This document shows positions 7,912-16,436 of a DNA stretch of 24,928 nucleotides, piece after piece. The stretch spans positions 1 through 24,928 of IMG/VR virus record IMGVR_UViG_3300020045_003233. One strand, written 5' to 3'. The translations under genes and the position numbers were made by a program. The stretch is from a virus. Its lineage: Duplodnaviria > Caudoviricetes. Each line of letters begins with the position of its first letter. Positions within the stretch are counted from its first letter, which is position 1. The notes below the pieces were generated by a model. That model searched no databases. It was not told where the DNA came from and was given only the letters and a program-made list of their open reading frames with translations.

Positions 7912-8513
7912 CGCACCAAGTCAGGATCGGCAGCGCGTTACATGCCGGAATACCTCACACAGTATTAACTGACAGCCCGGACACGGTAGCGGACACGCAT
8001 ATCGTGCTGGGGCCGTGGTTTGCACTGGACAAATGGCGGCACGCGCACAGCGTCCTGTATATCGACCGGGCCTATTGGGGCGACCCTGACAGCGTCTCGG
8101 TCCACTGGCTGAAAAACGGTGAAAAGGTCTGTGGCACAAAGCAGGGCGGGCGCGATACTCCCGCTGTATTGCCCTATCGACAATCGCAAAAGCGCATTTA
8201 TCTGTGCGATTACGGGCAGGAGCCAGAGGGCGACTATGACGCAGTGCGGTATCACCCTGCCGATGGAAGCACTGGGACGCTGCAGGACGCGCTTGAAGGC
8301 TACGGCATAGCACTGGGGCGGCGCACAACGGCATTGCTTGACGCGGCGATTGCGGGGCTGCAGGTGATAACCACTGACGGGCATTCTCCTGTATGGCCTA
8401 TATCGGGGCGACTGGGCGGGCGGGAACAGTTACTTAGGCGTCTGGCGTGGCACAACTGGACTATTGACGAAATTACGCGGGGCTTAATGTGGGAACACTT
8501 GTCACAACGGTAG
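7872..8513 (+). CDS. GT-B-like glycosyltransferase (KpsS/capsule-synthesis-like)
   Basis: YIDRAYW, VRYHP (HP motif), TLQDALE...TTALLDAAIAGLQV and C-terminal LAWHNWTIDEI..G..W. TTG start is uncertain. Confidence 0.6.
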   Translation: MGYRSAIHVNPALAHQVRIGSALHAGIPHTVLTDSPDTVADTHIVLGPWFALDKWRHAHSVLYIDRAYWGDPDSVSVHWLKNGEKVCGTKQGGRDTPAVLPYRQSQKRIYLCDYGQEPEGDYDAVRYHPADGSTGTLQDALEGYGIALGRRTTALLDAAIAGLQVITTDGHSPVWPISGRLGGREQLLRRLAWHNWTIDEITRGLMWEHLSQR

Positions 8514-9055
8514 CGCCAACCAGCCTGCCGCTATCCGTAGAGGAAGCGCGAACACAGTGCCGACTGTACTCCGATGAGTCGCATGACGTGACGCTGATAC
8601 GGTTAATCGCATCGGCCACGGAAGAATTCGAGCGCATGACCGGCACGCAGATTGTCGAGCGTACCGTGTGCCTGTACCTGAACGGCTTTGAATCATTCGA
8701 TATTGACCTGCAAGCCTGCCCAGTATCGGCCATTACCCATATCAAGTACGACGATGAAAACAACGCGGAGCAAACACTATCCGCAAGTGACTATTACACC
8801 AGCCTGTACGGTGCCTGTCCCTATGTCCGCCCGGTCGATTACTGGCCAACCACGTACTACAACAAGCCAGACAGCGTGCGGATTACCATGACGGCGGGTT
8901 ATGAGTTGCTATCCGTCCCGGAAGATATCCGGCAGGCGCTGAAACTGATGGTCTATGACGGGTGGAATAACCCCGGCGACCAGGTATCGGGACTCACGGT
9001 AACATCAATCAACGCGATACAGGCTATTGCCAACCGGCACCGTAAGTACCGATGA
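8489..9055 (+). CDS. Head-tail connector (adaptor; phiE125 gp8 / HK97 gp6-like)
   Basis: PLSVEEAR..CRL...D..LIRLIASA...E..TG, V.IT.TAGY...VPEDIRQALKLMV...WNNP; synteny. Confidence 0.9.
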   Translation: MGTLVTTVAPTSLPLSVEEARTQCRLYSDESHDVTLIRLIASATEEFERMTGTQIVERTVCLYLNGFESFDIDLQACPVSAITHIKYDDENNAEQTLSASDYYTSLYGACPYVRPVDYWPTTYYNKPDSVRITMTAGYELLSVPEDIRQALKLMVYDGWNNPGDQVSGLTVTSINAIQAIANRHRKYR

Positions 9056-9363
9056 ACAAAAACATCACGATTGCATTGCAGAGCGCGTCCGTAACTCGCA
9101 GCGCAACGGGTGCCGAGGTCAAAACGTGGACAACCTATGCCACCGTGATGGGGTCAATCAAGACCTTGCGCGGGTCATCGTATTACGCGGCAGAGCAAAC
9201 CGCTAACGAAATAGCGATAGATGCCTATATTTGGTATCGCACCGACATAGCGCCATTGCACCGGGCGGTGATTGGCAGCGTGACCTATGAAGTGGCCACG
9301 CCGCCCGAAAACCTGAACATGCAAAACCGTGAAATGCTGTTAAGACTAAGGCATGTTGAGTAA
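9052..9363 (+). CDS. Head closure / head-tail adaptor (SPP1 gp16-like)
   Basis: ITIALQ....TG.EVKTWTTYATV.GSIKTL.G..YYAA.Q, IWYR.DI...HR; synteny. Confidence 0.85.
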   Translation: MNKNITIALQSASVTRSATGAEVKTWTTYATVMGSIKTLRGSSYYAAEQTANEIAIDAYIWYRTDIAPLHRAVIGSVTYEVATPPENLNMQNREMLLRLRHVE

Positions 9364-9959
9364 TGGCCGAGCGATCAGATATCGGCGGAGTGACAAGCTC
9401 CGATACCCTTGTCGATGTAAAACTGGCTGGACAGCAACAGTCGCTGGATACCCTGCACGGCTTATCGAGAGACTTACAGCAAAAGGGCGTAAGGTCGGCG
9501 CTGCACGTTGCGGCCAAGCCACTTATTCTGGCGATGAAGTCCCTCGCACCCAATGACAACGAAACACCGGGCAGTCGGCTGGCACAGTCTATCAATAAAA
9601 CGATTGCGAAACCGGGGAGACGTGTCCGCACGGGCGCGGGCGATAGGGTGGTGAAGTCCGAGAACGAGGAACTTGCGCTACTGGTTGGGCCTAACAAGAA
9701 ATACCGGGGCAAGTCGGTAGGCTATATTGGGTGGTTTACCGAAAAGGGCACTGACCCGCACGACATTAAACTGAAAAAAGCGAAGATGTTTCATTTCGGG
9801 ATAGACCAGGACAGGGGCTTTGTACGCAAGGCCGTTATAAAGCATCCCGGCTCTAGGGCACTGAAATGGCAGGAAGCCGCTGTCAGTCGATCGCAGGGCT
9901 CGCTTCAAGCCGAATTTTACAAAGGGCTGGAAAAATGGATAGCAAGGCAGGCGAAGTAA
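9363..9959 (+). CDS. HK97 gp10-like tail completion/neck protein
   Basis: Basic protein with K.LAP.....GSRL.QSI, VGP...Y.GWFTEKGT.PH.I, HPG; synteny. Confidence 0.8.
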   Translation: MAERSDIGGVTSSDTLVDVKLAGQQQSLDTLHGLSRDLQQKGVRSALHVAAKPLILAMKSLAPNDNETPGSRLAQSINKTIAKPGRRVRTGAGDRVVKSENEELALLVGPNKKYRGKSVGYIGWFTEKGTDPHDIKLKKAKMFHFGIDQDRGFVRKAVIKHPGSRALKWQEAAVSRSQGSLQAEFYKGLEKWIARQAK

Positions 9960-10688
9960 ATGGACGTTAGCGGAATCGTGACGCGCCTTGACGCGCAATG
10001 CCCAACTCTTGCACAGGTATTGGCAGCGGCTCCACGTGGAACAGTCATGCCGATCGCGACACAGGCCAATATTTACGCCCTGTTACAAGCCACGGTATCG
10101 GGGCGAATGTACCCGCTGCAATTACCGGAACAGCCTACCCACCCGTCTATCGTCTATCAGATGGTATCCAGTTCGCCGGGTGTCTATGAAGGGTACGACG
10201 TGACACACACGGATATCTTTGTCCTGAGCGTGCGCGGCTATGACTATGACGCGCTCCTGACGGTACAGGCGGCAATGGTGACGGCGCTATCGGGCTCCAA
10301 TATTGATATTACCGACATGGTCCACGAATACGACCAACCGGAAAACCTGTACAAGTTGCATCTCGAACTGAGCTATACCTATATCGCGGCGGCATCACAG
10401 ACATTGCCTGCCGCCTTTGTGTACCCATTGTCACGTTATGGCGAGGCATCCGCCTTTGATAACTACACAAAGCAGTTAATACAGGCGGATTACGCCATCC
10501 TGATTGTCACGGCGAGTAACAACATTCCGGCCCTGCAGGCGGAAATACAGGCGGCGCTACTTGGTTGGCAGCAAACCGCAAACCATCACGAAATGGAGTA
10601 CAGCAACGGCAACGGCATCGAGGGCATGGGCGGACTTAGCCTATGGCGCGAATCCTACCGGGATAAGTACTACATGACGCAAAGTTAA
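9960..10688 (+). CDS. Tail terminator protein, apparently two terminator-like domains (one nested)
   Basis: Internal IYALL...VSGRMYP..LPE....P.IVYQ..S (DUF3168-like) flanked by IVTRL..QCP and PAAFVYPL...AALLGWQ...W..SY (Mu gp37-like); located just before the tail tube gene. Confidence 0.7.
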   Translation: MDVSGIVTRLDAQCPTLAQVLAAAPRGTVMPIATQANIYALLQATVSGRMYPLQLPEQPTHPSIVYQMVSSSPGVYEGYDVTHTDIFVLSVRGYDYDALLTVQAAMVTALSGSNIDITDMVHEYDQPENLYKLHLELSYTYIAAASQTLPAAFVYPLSRYGEASAFDNYTKQLIQADYAILIVTASNNIPALQAEIQAALLGWQQTANHHEMEYSNGNGIEGMGGLSLWRESYRDKYYMTQS

Positions 10689-10709
10689 CAAGAGCAGTAA
10701 CCATAACCA

Positions 10710-10732
10710 ACCCGCCTAGTGCGGGTTTTTTT
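10710..10732 (+). terminator. Rho-independent terminator-like hairpin upstream of tail tube gene
   Basis: ACCCGC-CTAGT-GCGGGT followed by a T-run. Confidence 0.75.
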
Positions 10733-10761
10733 ATGCCCGCAAAACGGGCGGGAGAGTAACT

Positions 10762-11703
10762 ATGTTGTACAGAAACAGGAATGTATTTTCAAAAATCGAG
10801 AGCGTATACGCGACCGACCCGACACCGACGGGAACGGATGCGGTGCTGACCAGTAACCTGGCGCTGACGCCCTATACCGGCCCAACCGTCTCTCGCAACC
10901 TTGACCGCTCCACCCTCGGCGGGCAGTCGGTGGTTAACACCAACCCGCACGCCATGGTCAGTTTCGACGTGGAGATTGCAGGCTCCGGAACGGCAACCGT
11001 TGTGCCGGCATGGAGCGAAATCATGCGCGGCTGCGGCATGTCCGTTACCCCGGCATCGCCTACCAGCGCCGGACAAATCTATTCGCCGCTGTCATCCTCC
11101 TTCCCGTCTGTTACCCATTGGGTATGGATTGACGGGCAGAAGCAGGTACTTAACGGTGCGCGCGGCAATATGTCGCTAGCCTTGAACCGTGGCGATATCC
11201 CCAAGTTCTCCTTTACGTATACCGGACGGTACGCGCGGCCCTCCTATACCGCCGTGCTGACTGCCAACGTGACGGACTACAGTTCGCCGCTGGCGGTGAC
11301 GGATACCAATACCCCGACCTTCACGCTGGGCGGTTCGCCGCTGACCGATCTGCGCGTCGAGAGTTTCTCTCTGGATATGCAGAACAACGTGATAGCGCGA
11401 AACATTATCAACGCTGAAGAAATCTTCATCACTGACCGCAACCCGGTTGGTACGGTGGTATTCGAGGCGACCACGTCAAAGAACTGGTTTGCGGGTGGCG
11501 TTGAATCCCACGCGGGCGTTACGACGCTGGCCATGAACCTGGTACACGGCACATCGGCAGGCAACCGGGTGAAGATATCCGCGCCCGCCGTGCAAATCAC
11601 CAACATCACCGAAAACAACTCGGACGGTATTTTCGTTTACACCTGTTCGCTGGCCTTTGTGCCCGTGTCAGGCAACGACGAGTTCACCATCACGACGTAC
11701 TAA
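10762..11703 (+). CDS. Major tail tube protein
   Basis: KIES.YATDP.P, FDVEIAGSG, P.W...RGCG, GARGN, ITDR.P.G, HGT.AGN; Thr/Ser-rich beta protein placed before chaperone and tape measure; GGAG RBS. Confidence 0.88.
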   Translation: MLYRNRNVFSKIESVYATDPTPTGTDAVLTSNLALTPYTGPTVSRNLDRSTLGGQSVVNTNPHAMVSFDVEIAGSGTATVVPAWSEIMRGCGMSVTPASPTSAGQIYSPLSSSFPSVTHWVWIDGQKQVLNGARGNMSLALNRGDIPKFSFTYTGRYARPSYTAVLTANVTDYSSPLAVTDTNTPTFTLGGSPLTDLRVESFSLDMQNNVIARNIINAEEIFITDRNPVGTVVFEATTSKNWFAGGVESHAGVTTLAMNLVHGTSAGNRVKISAPAVQITNITENNSDGIFVYTCSLAFVPVSGNDEFTITTY

Positions 11704-11704
11704 C

Positions 11705-11803
11705 CCGCGCAAGCGGTAGGGGCTGGCGTCTGTATGCCCGCAGCGTCGGCCCCGTCTTTATTCATGCGGGCAATCACTCAAGGGCAATTTTATGTCGGGC
11801 ATA
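11705..11803 (+). promoter_or_regulatory. Structured leader (hairpin with loop complementary to three downstream GGGCA sites) before tail chaperone
   Basis: Stem 11719-11732/11741-11753 with loop TATGCCCG; complements at 11765-11772, 11782-11786 and 11796-11803. Confidence 0.45.
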
Positions 11804-12154
11804 TTGAAAGGTTCAAAGGACGAATTTACTACCAACACAATGGCGGAAATCGAGGGGCAGAAAATCCGCTTCTCTGCTACCTATAAGCGCCGCGATTGGA
11901 GCGAAAGTTCGAGAATTGCGGACGAAGTATCAAGGGCGCTTGCCGACGACGCGCCAACCGGTTGGGAGAAAATGAAAAACATTCTCCGCGATGACCTTGT
12001 AGGGTGGAGCAAGTTACAGGGTGAGGGCGGTGATGTGCCTTTCAATGACGAAAACCTCGAAGCGGCATTATCCATCTACGGGTACCTGAGCGCACTGTAT
12101 CGCGGCTGGAACGCGGCACAGATGCAGCAACCGAGCGCACACTCAAAAAACTGA
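11792..12154 (+). CDS. Tail assembly chaperone (gpG-like)
   Basis: F.ATYKR, LVGW......VPFN.ENL, ending ...SKN* on the slippery A_AAA_AAC; lies between tube and tape measure genes. Confidence 0.85.
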   Translation: MSGILKGSKDEFTTNTMAEIEGQKIRFSATYKRRDWSESSRIADEVSRALADDAPTGWEKMKNILRDDLVGWSKLQGEGGDVPFNDENLEAALSIYGYLSALYRGWNAAQMQQPSAHSKN

Positions 12155-12489
12155 TAGAGGCCGGTTTTATCTATGCGCGCGGGGTAAGCGACGAGCCGGT
12201 TGATGAAGATGAAAATATCCCCGATTGGTGGAAAGAACGGCTGCGCGGTTCAGTATGCATTATCAACGATGAATGCTGGGCCGCGTTTGAGCTATTTCAG
12301 ATGTGCGGTACACAGTGGCGCATGTCGCCTACCGGGCACCGCACGGGACTGGACTATACCGCCGTGATTGCTTTGGCCGACGTCATGGGATGCAAAACCC
12401 CCGACACCCTTAACTTCATCCGTTATTTAGAGCTAGGCGCAATCATGGCCTACATGGGCAAAACTTTGGAGTCTGTTTTAAATGGCTAG
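12145..12489 (+). CDS. Tail assembly chaperone -1 frameshift extension (gpT / DUF1799-like)
   Basis: A_AAA_AAC at 12145-12151. The -1 frame is open without stops from 12151 (LIEAGFIYARG...ECWAAFELFQMCGTQWRM...TGLDYTAV) to 12489. Confidence 0.85.
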   Translation, partial: KKLIEAGFIYARGVSDEPVDEDENIPDWWKERLRGSVCIINDECWAAFELFQMCGTQWRMSPTGHRTGLDYTAVIALADVMGCKTPDTLNFIRYLELGAIMAYMGKTLESVLNG

Positions 12490-15400
12490 TACTTCATTCG
12501 GCGTATTGATTACCGGCGACAGTCGCGGCGCGGTCAAGGCTATCGACCTGACGGCGGCGGAAATCAAGAAACTCGAAGGCGCTACGGCAAAGGCGACGGC
12601 TAAAATAAAGTCCGACTCTGCGAGTGCGGCGGGTGGCTTTGGCAGTATGGCCACGTCTGCCGCCAAGATGGGGGCGGCGGTGGGCGCGGCGGGTATCGCG
12701 CTTAGTGGGCTTTTATTGCGCCAGGTGATTAAGGAAACTGCCGAAAGCGAATACGCTATAGCCCAACTCAACTCCACGTTACAAGCCACAGGCGGCGCGG
12801 CGGGCAAATCCTCCGAGGAATTGCAGCGCACGGCAAACGCGCTACAGAAAACCACGACCTACAGTGACGAGGCGGTCATTGGTGTCGAATCCCTCCTGTT
12901 GAAATTCAAGGAAATCAAGGGCGATACGTTCGACCGTGCGACCAAGAATGTTTTGGACTTTGCCACGGCGATGAAAATAGACGTCAATTCGGCGGCCAAG
13001 CTGGTAGGCAAGGCGCTGGAAGAGCCCGAAAAAGGAATGCTAAAACTGGCGCGTGCCGGTGTTGTCTTTACGGAGTCCGAAAAAGATACCATCAAAGCAA
13101 TGATGGAAATGGGCGACACGGCGGGCGCACAGAACTTTATTCTTGCTGAGATGGAGGAACGGTTCAAGGGTTCTGCGGAAGCGGCACGGGGTACCCTCGG
13201 CGGCGCACTCGAAGGACTGAAAAACAATTTCGGTGAGTTGTTTGAAGTGTCGTCCGAGGCATCCGGCGGGATGGTGGATAACATCAATAAGCTTTCCGAG
13301 ACGCTAGCCGATCCGCAGATAAAGGCGTCTATTGACGCGATAGTGGGCGGCTTAATATCCGCAACCGACTGGGCCATAAAAGCCACGGCGGCTTTGGCTT
13401 GGTTTTTCGGGATGGAGACCAAACAGAATCTGGTAGAGATTGGCGAGGAAATCGACGAGGTATCTAAAAAACTGGTTGACGCCCAATCAGGCAGGACAGT
13501 TAACCCGGCTGCCGTGGAGGGATTGAAAAAGCAATTAGACGAATTGAACAAAGCCTATGACAAGGAAGTGAAGGCAATCATGGGCAGTACAGCCGCCAAA
13601 ACTGTCAACACGGCGGCGACCGAAAAAGGCACGGCGGCCACCACTAAATCCAATAACGTCGTATTGATTTCAGAGGCCACGCAGAAAAAGCAGGCCAAGG
13701 CATTAAAAGAGGCGGCGGCTGAAGCTACCACACTGGCAGACGCGCATAAAAAAATGCAGGACCGGATAGACGCGGCCACAAAGTCTATCAATTCATCTCA
13801 TGCTGAATTAGACAAGATGAATGCCAAAACAGAGGAATACATTGCCTCTCTGAAGTTTGAAACTGAACAGCTAGGCAAGTCTGCCAGGCAACAGGAGATA
13901 GACAGCGCCGTCCGGGAAGCGGGTACGGCCATCACAAAGAAACAGGCGGATGCTATCCGAGAGGCAGCGGGCGCGCACTATGACGCGGCGGCGGCGGCGG
14001 AAGTGCTGGCCAATAAAGCCGAGGCCGCTAACGCGGCATGGATAGATGCGCGTTCCACGTTGTCAGACTTCTTTTTCGAGTTTGCCAAGGACGGGAATGA
14101 TGCATTCGATACGATTGTCGATTCCTTTAAGGCCATGTTAACCAAAATGGCGGCGGAAGCCGCCGCCAACACTATATTTAGTGCTTTAGGAATAGGCCCT
14201 GCATCCGGCGGGCTAATGTCGCTGTTTGGTAGCGGCACAGGGGCTACTGCGGCAACCGCAGCGGGATCGTCTGGTTCATCGGGGTCAATGGGGCTGCTAG
14301 CTGGAGGGCTTTGGGGGGCGCTGGCGCTTGGAGCTGTTAGAACAGCAGATGATTTAGAAAACGGCATGTACGGACCTGGTGACGTATTGACAGGGAACTC
14401 GCTTCACATCAAATATGGTGACAGTCTAGGAGGTCTCGGTAAGTACCTATTCCCCGATACCAGCAAACTAGATTTTCTTGGTATTGGGGATAAAATAAAC
14501 AAGTATTTTGGTCAGGACAATGACGGCAAAAACACAGGCAAGGCGCGATTTGATTTAGCAACAGGACTTATTACAGGCGAGGGCTCTGGTAAGACATTCG
14601 ACCCTGCCAACGTGGCAGCAGCGGAAACGCTGGCGAACACATTAAAAGAGTTTTCCGTTGCAATAGGCGGGTCGTCATTCGCTGGCAGTATCAAAATTGA
14701 CAGTAGAGACGGTATCGGGTTCGGTGGCAAAAAATACGGGCAGGATACCGAGGCGTTTTTTAAGGACGCAATCCGTAGCGTTGTCGAAGGGGCGACAAAC
14801 CTCGGCGACAATCTCAAGGCACTTTTAATCTCGTTTGACGGCACCACGGAGGAACTAATTAACTTCTCCGGGGCTATCATCGGGCTCAACGAGCAGTCCC
14901 AGCTTAACACCGTTATCAGCGCCATAGAGGATTTCACCGCCGCATCGCAGACCATGAGCGAGGCGTTTTATAACAACACAGACGCGCTCAATGAACAGAT
15001 AAGCGCCTATGACGGCACCGCCGAATCGGCAATGCTGCTTAATGAATCGCTGGCCGAGAATAAAATAGCCGCCTATGAATTCGCTATGGCGATTATATCC
15101 ATTGGAAAGGCCATCGCTGAACAGTCAGAAGCGCAGGCCAAGTCAATACGCGAGTCGGTATTAACCGAGGAAGAGTTGTTTAAGGCGCGGCAAAGGGAGC
15201 GTGACACTTTAAGCGCGTCGCTATCCAGCCTGGTTGACCCGGCTGAAATCGAGAAAACCTCACAGCGTATACTCGAATTAAACCAGCAACTGTTTAGCAG
15301 CCTGACCGAGGAACAACAAAAAGCCGGGGCCGAGGCTTACGCGACGTTTGCTGAAAACACCAATAACATAGCACAGGAAGTATTGCGTAACGCCCTGATT

Positions 15401-15580
15401 GATGTTGAAAAGTCGCAAGATGACATCAACACCAAAATAGCCAACATGCTGGGCGGGGCGGCAAACAAGCAGCAGCAAGCGGCTGACACAATGCTAAGGG
15501 CCGCGAATCTCCTGCAATCTGCCGTTAGCAACATACCGCGCGGCGGCTTTACAGCGGGCGGCGGGGAGGTGGCAGCATGA
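12482..15580 (+). CDS. Tail tape measure protein (1032 aa)
   Basis: Long Ala/Lys/Glu-rich helical protein with Gly-rich hydrophobic stretches; follows the gpG/gpGT pair. Confidence 0.93.
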   Translation: MASTSFGVLITGDSRGAVKAIDLTAAEIKKLEGATAKATAKIKSDSASAAGGFGSMATSAAKMGAAVGAAGIALSGLLLRQVIKETAESEYAIAQLNSTLQATGGAAGKSSEELQRTANALQKTTTYSDEAVIGVESLLLKFKEIKGDTFDRATKNVLDFATAMKIDVNSAAKLVGKALEEPEKGMLKLARAGVVFTESEKDTIKAMMEMGDTAGAQNFILAEMEERFKGSAEAARGTLGGALEGLKNNFGELFEVSSEASGGMVDNINKLSETLADPQIKASIDAIVGGLISATDWAIKATAALAWFFGMETKQNLVEIGEEIDEVSKKLVDAQSGRTVNPAAVEGLKKQLDELNKAYDKEVKAIMGSTAAKTVNTAATEKGTAATTKSNNVVLISEATQKKQAKALKEAAAEATTLADAHKKMQDRIDAATKSINSSHAELDKMNAKTEEYIASLKFETEQLGKSARQQEIDSAVREAGTAITKKQADAIREAAGAHYDAAAAAEVLANKAEAANAAWIDARSTLSDFFFEFAKDGNDAFDTIVDSFKAMLTKMAAEAAANTIFSALGIGPASGGLMSLFGSGTGATAATAAGSSGSSGSMGLLAGGLWGALALGAVRTADDLENGMYGPGDVLTGNSLHIKYGDSLGGLGKYLFPDTSKLDFLGIGDKINKYFGQDNDGKNTGKARFDLATGLITGEGSGKTFDPANVAAAETLANTLKEFSVAIGGSSFAGSIKIDSRDGIGFGGKKYGQDTEAFFKDAIRSVVEGATNLGDNLKALLISFDGTTEELINFSGAIIGLNEQSQLNTVISAIEDFTAASQTMSEAFYNNTDALNEQISAYDGTAESAMLLNESLAENKIAAYEFAMAIISIGKAIAEQSEAQAKSIRESVLTEEELFKARQRERDTLSASLSSLVDPAEIEKTSQRILELNQQLFSSLTEEQQKAGAEAYATFAENTNNIAQEVLRNALIDVEKSQDDINTKIANMLGGAANKQQQAADTMLRAANLLQSAVSNIPRGGFTAGGGEVAA

Positions 15581-15912
15581 CCACTGTAGCCTTTCCGTCC
15601 GGATTTAACCTGGAGCGCAGTACTGCTTTCCAAAACCAGAGCAACGTCGTCGTCGATATTATGAGCGACGGAACGCCACGGCAGCGCACACTCGGCACTG
15701 TCCCCTATACCCGTATCGGGTGCCAGTTCGATTATCTATCCGACACGGACAAAAACACGTTGGTTTCGTTTCTTGAAGATAACGCGGCCAATACCATCAC
15801 ATGGACGATAGACGGTATCGACTACTCCGGCGTGTTCATGCCCGGCTATAACCTGAGCATGACCGGCCCGCTGTATAACCTATCCTTTGACTATTACGCG
15901 CGTGTTGTCTAA
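15577..15912 (+). CDS. Minor tail protein, probable distal tail (lambda gpM-like)
   Basis: 111 aa immediately after the tape measure gene (ATGA overlap); M.DG.PRQR motif. Confidence 0.6.
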   Translation: MTTVAFPSGFNLERSTAFQNQSNVVVDIMSDGTPRQRTLGTVPYTRIGCQFDYLSDTDKNTLVSFLEDNAANTITWTIDGIDYSGVFMPGYNLSMTGPLYNLSFDYYARVV

Positions 15913-16436
15913 TGGCTAAAACACTTAGCGACACACAGTTCACCAACGTATCAGAATCCAGCACTCGACCCGTCTATCTGGTACAAATCCAGCACGGCAG
16001 CGCCGTGGAATACCTGTCATCCTCCGGATCTGTTGTATTAGACGGCGTCCCGTATACCGAGGGCGGCATTGCCGTTGAATCAATAGAGGATAACAGGCGG
16101 GCGGCGCTATCCCTGCACGCAACGCCTGAGCGCATTACCGAGTGCATTGACGGGACTTGGCGCGGCGAAAAAACCTGTAAAGTCTACGGCATCCCAGACG
16201 TTCCCGAAACAACCTCCGTCTACGATTTAACCGACGCTATCCTGTTACTGGACGGTGTGATTGATAACTCCCAACTCAGCGGGCTTTCCATTGCAATCAG
16301 GGCTATCCACAAATACGCGACGACCCGCTACACGCCCCGATTAAATTGCAGTGAATTATCAGAGTATATCCCCTCGGCGGGCTCCGTTTTTGCTTGGCAG
16401 TCAGGAAAGTATGTATTGGTGAGCAAAAATGGCTGA
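15912..16436 (+). CDS. Minor tail protein, probable baseplate hub N-terminal component (gpL-like position)
   Basis: RPVYLVQI....YLS.......GVPY...G motif and position between the distal tail and tail tip genes. Confidence 0.5.
   Translation: MAKTLSDTQFTNVSESSTRPVYLVQIQHGSAVEYLSSSGSVVLDGVPYTEGGIAVESIEDNRRAALSLHATPERITECIDGTWRGEKTCKVYGIPDVPETTSVYDLTDAILLLDGVIDNSQLSGLSIAIRAIHKYATTRYTPRLNCSELSEYIPSAGSVFAWQSGKYVLVSKNG

Noticed and set aside
12301-12489. Stand-alone 62-aa gene
   Set aside because: Better explained as the end of the -1 frameshift extension of the tail chaperone.
12478-15633. Several long - strand ORFs opposite the tape measure (and similar shadows over other structural genes)
   Set aside because: Ser/Ala-rich antisense shadows of strongly supported + strand genes, with no recognisable motifs.
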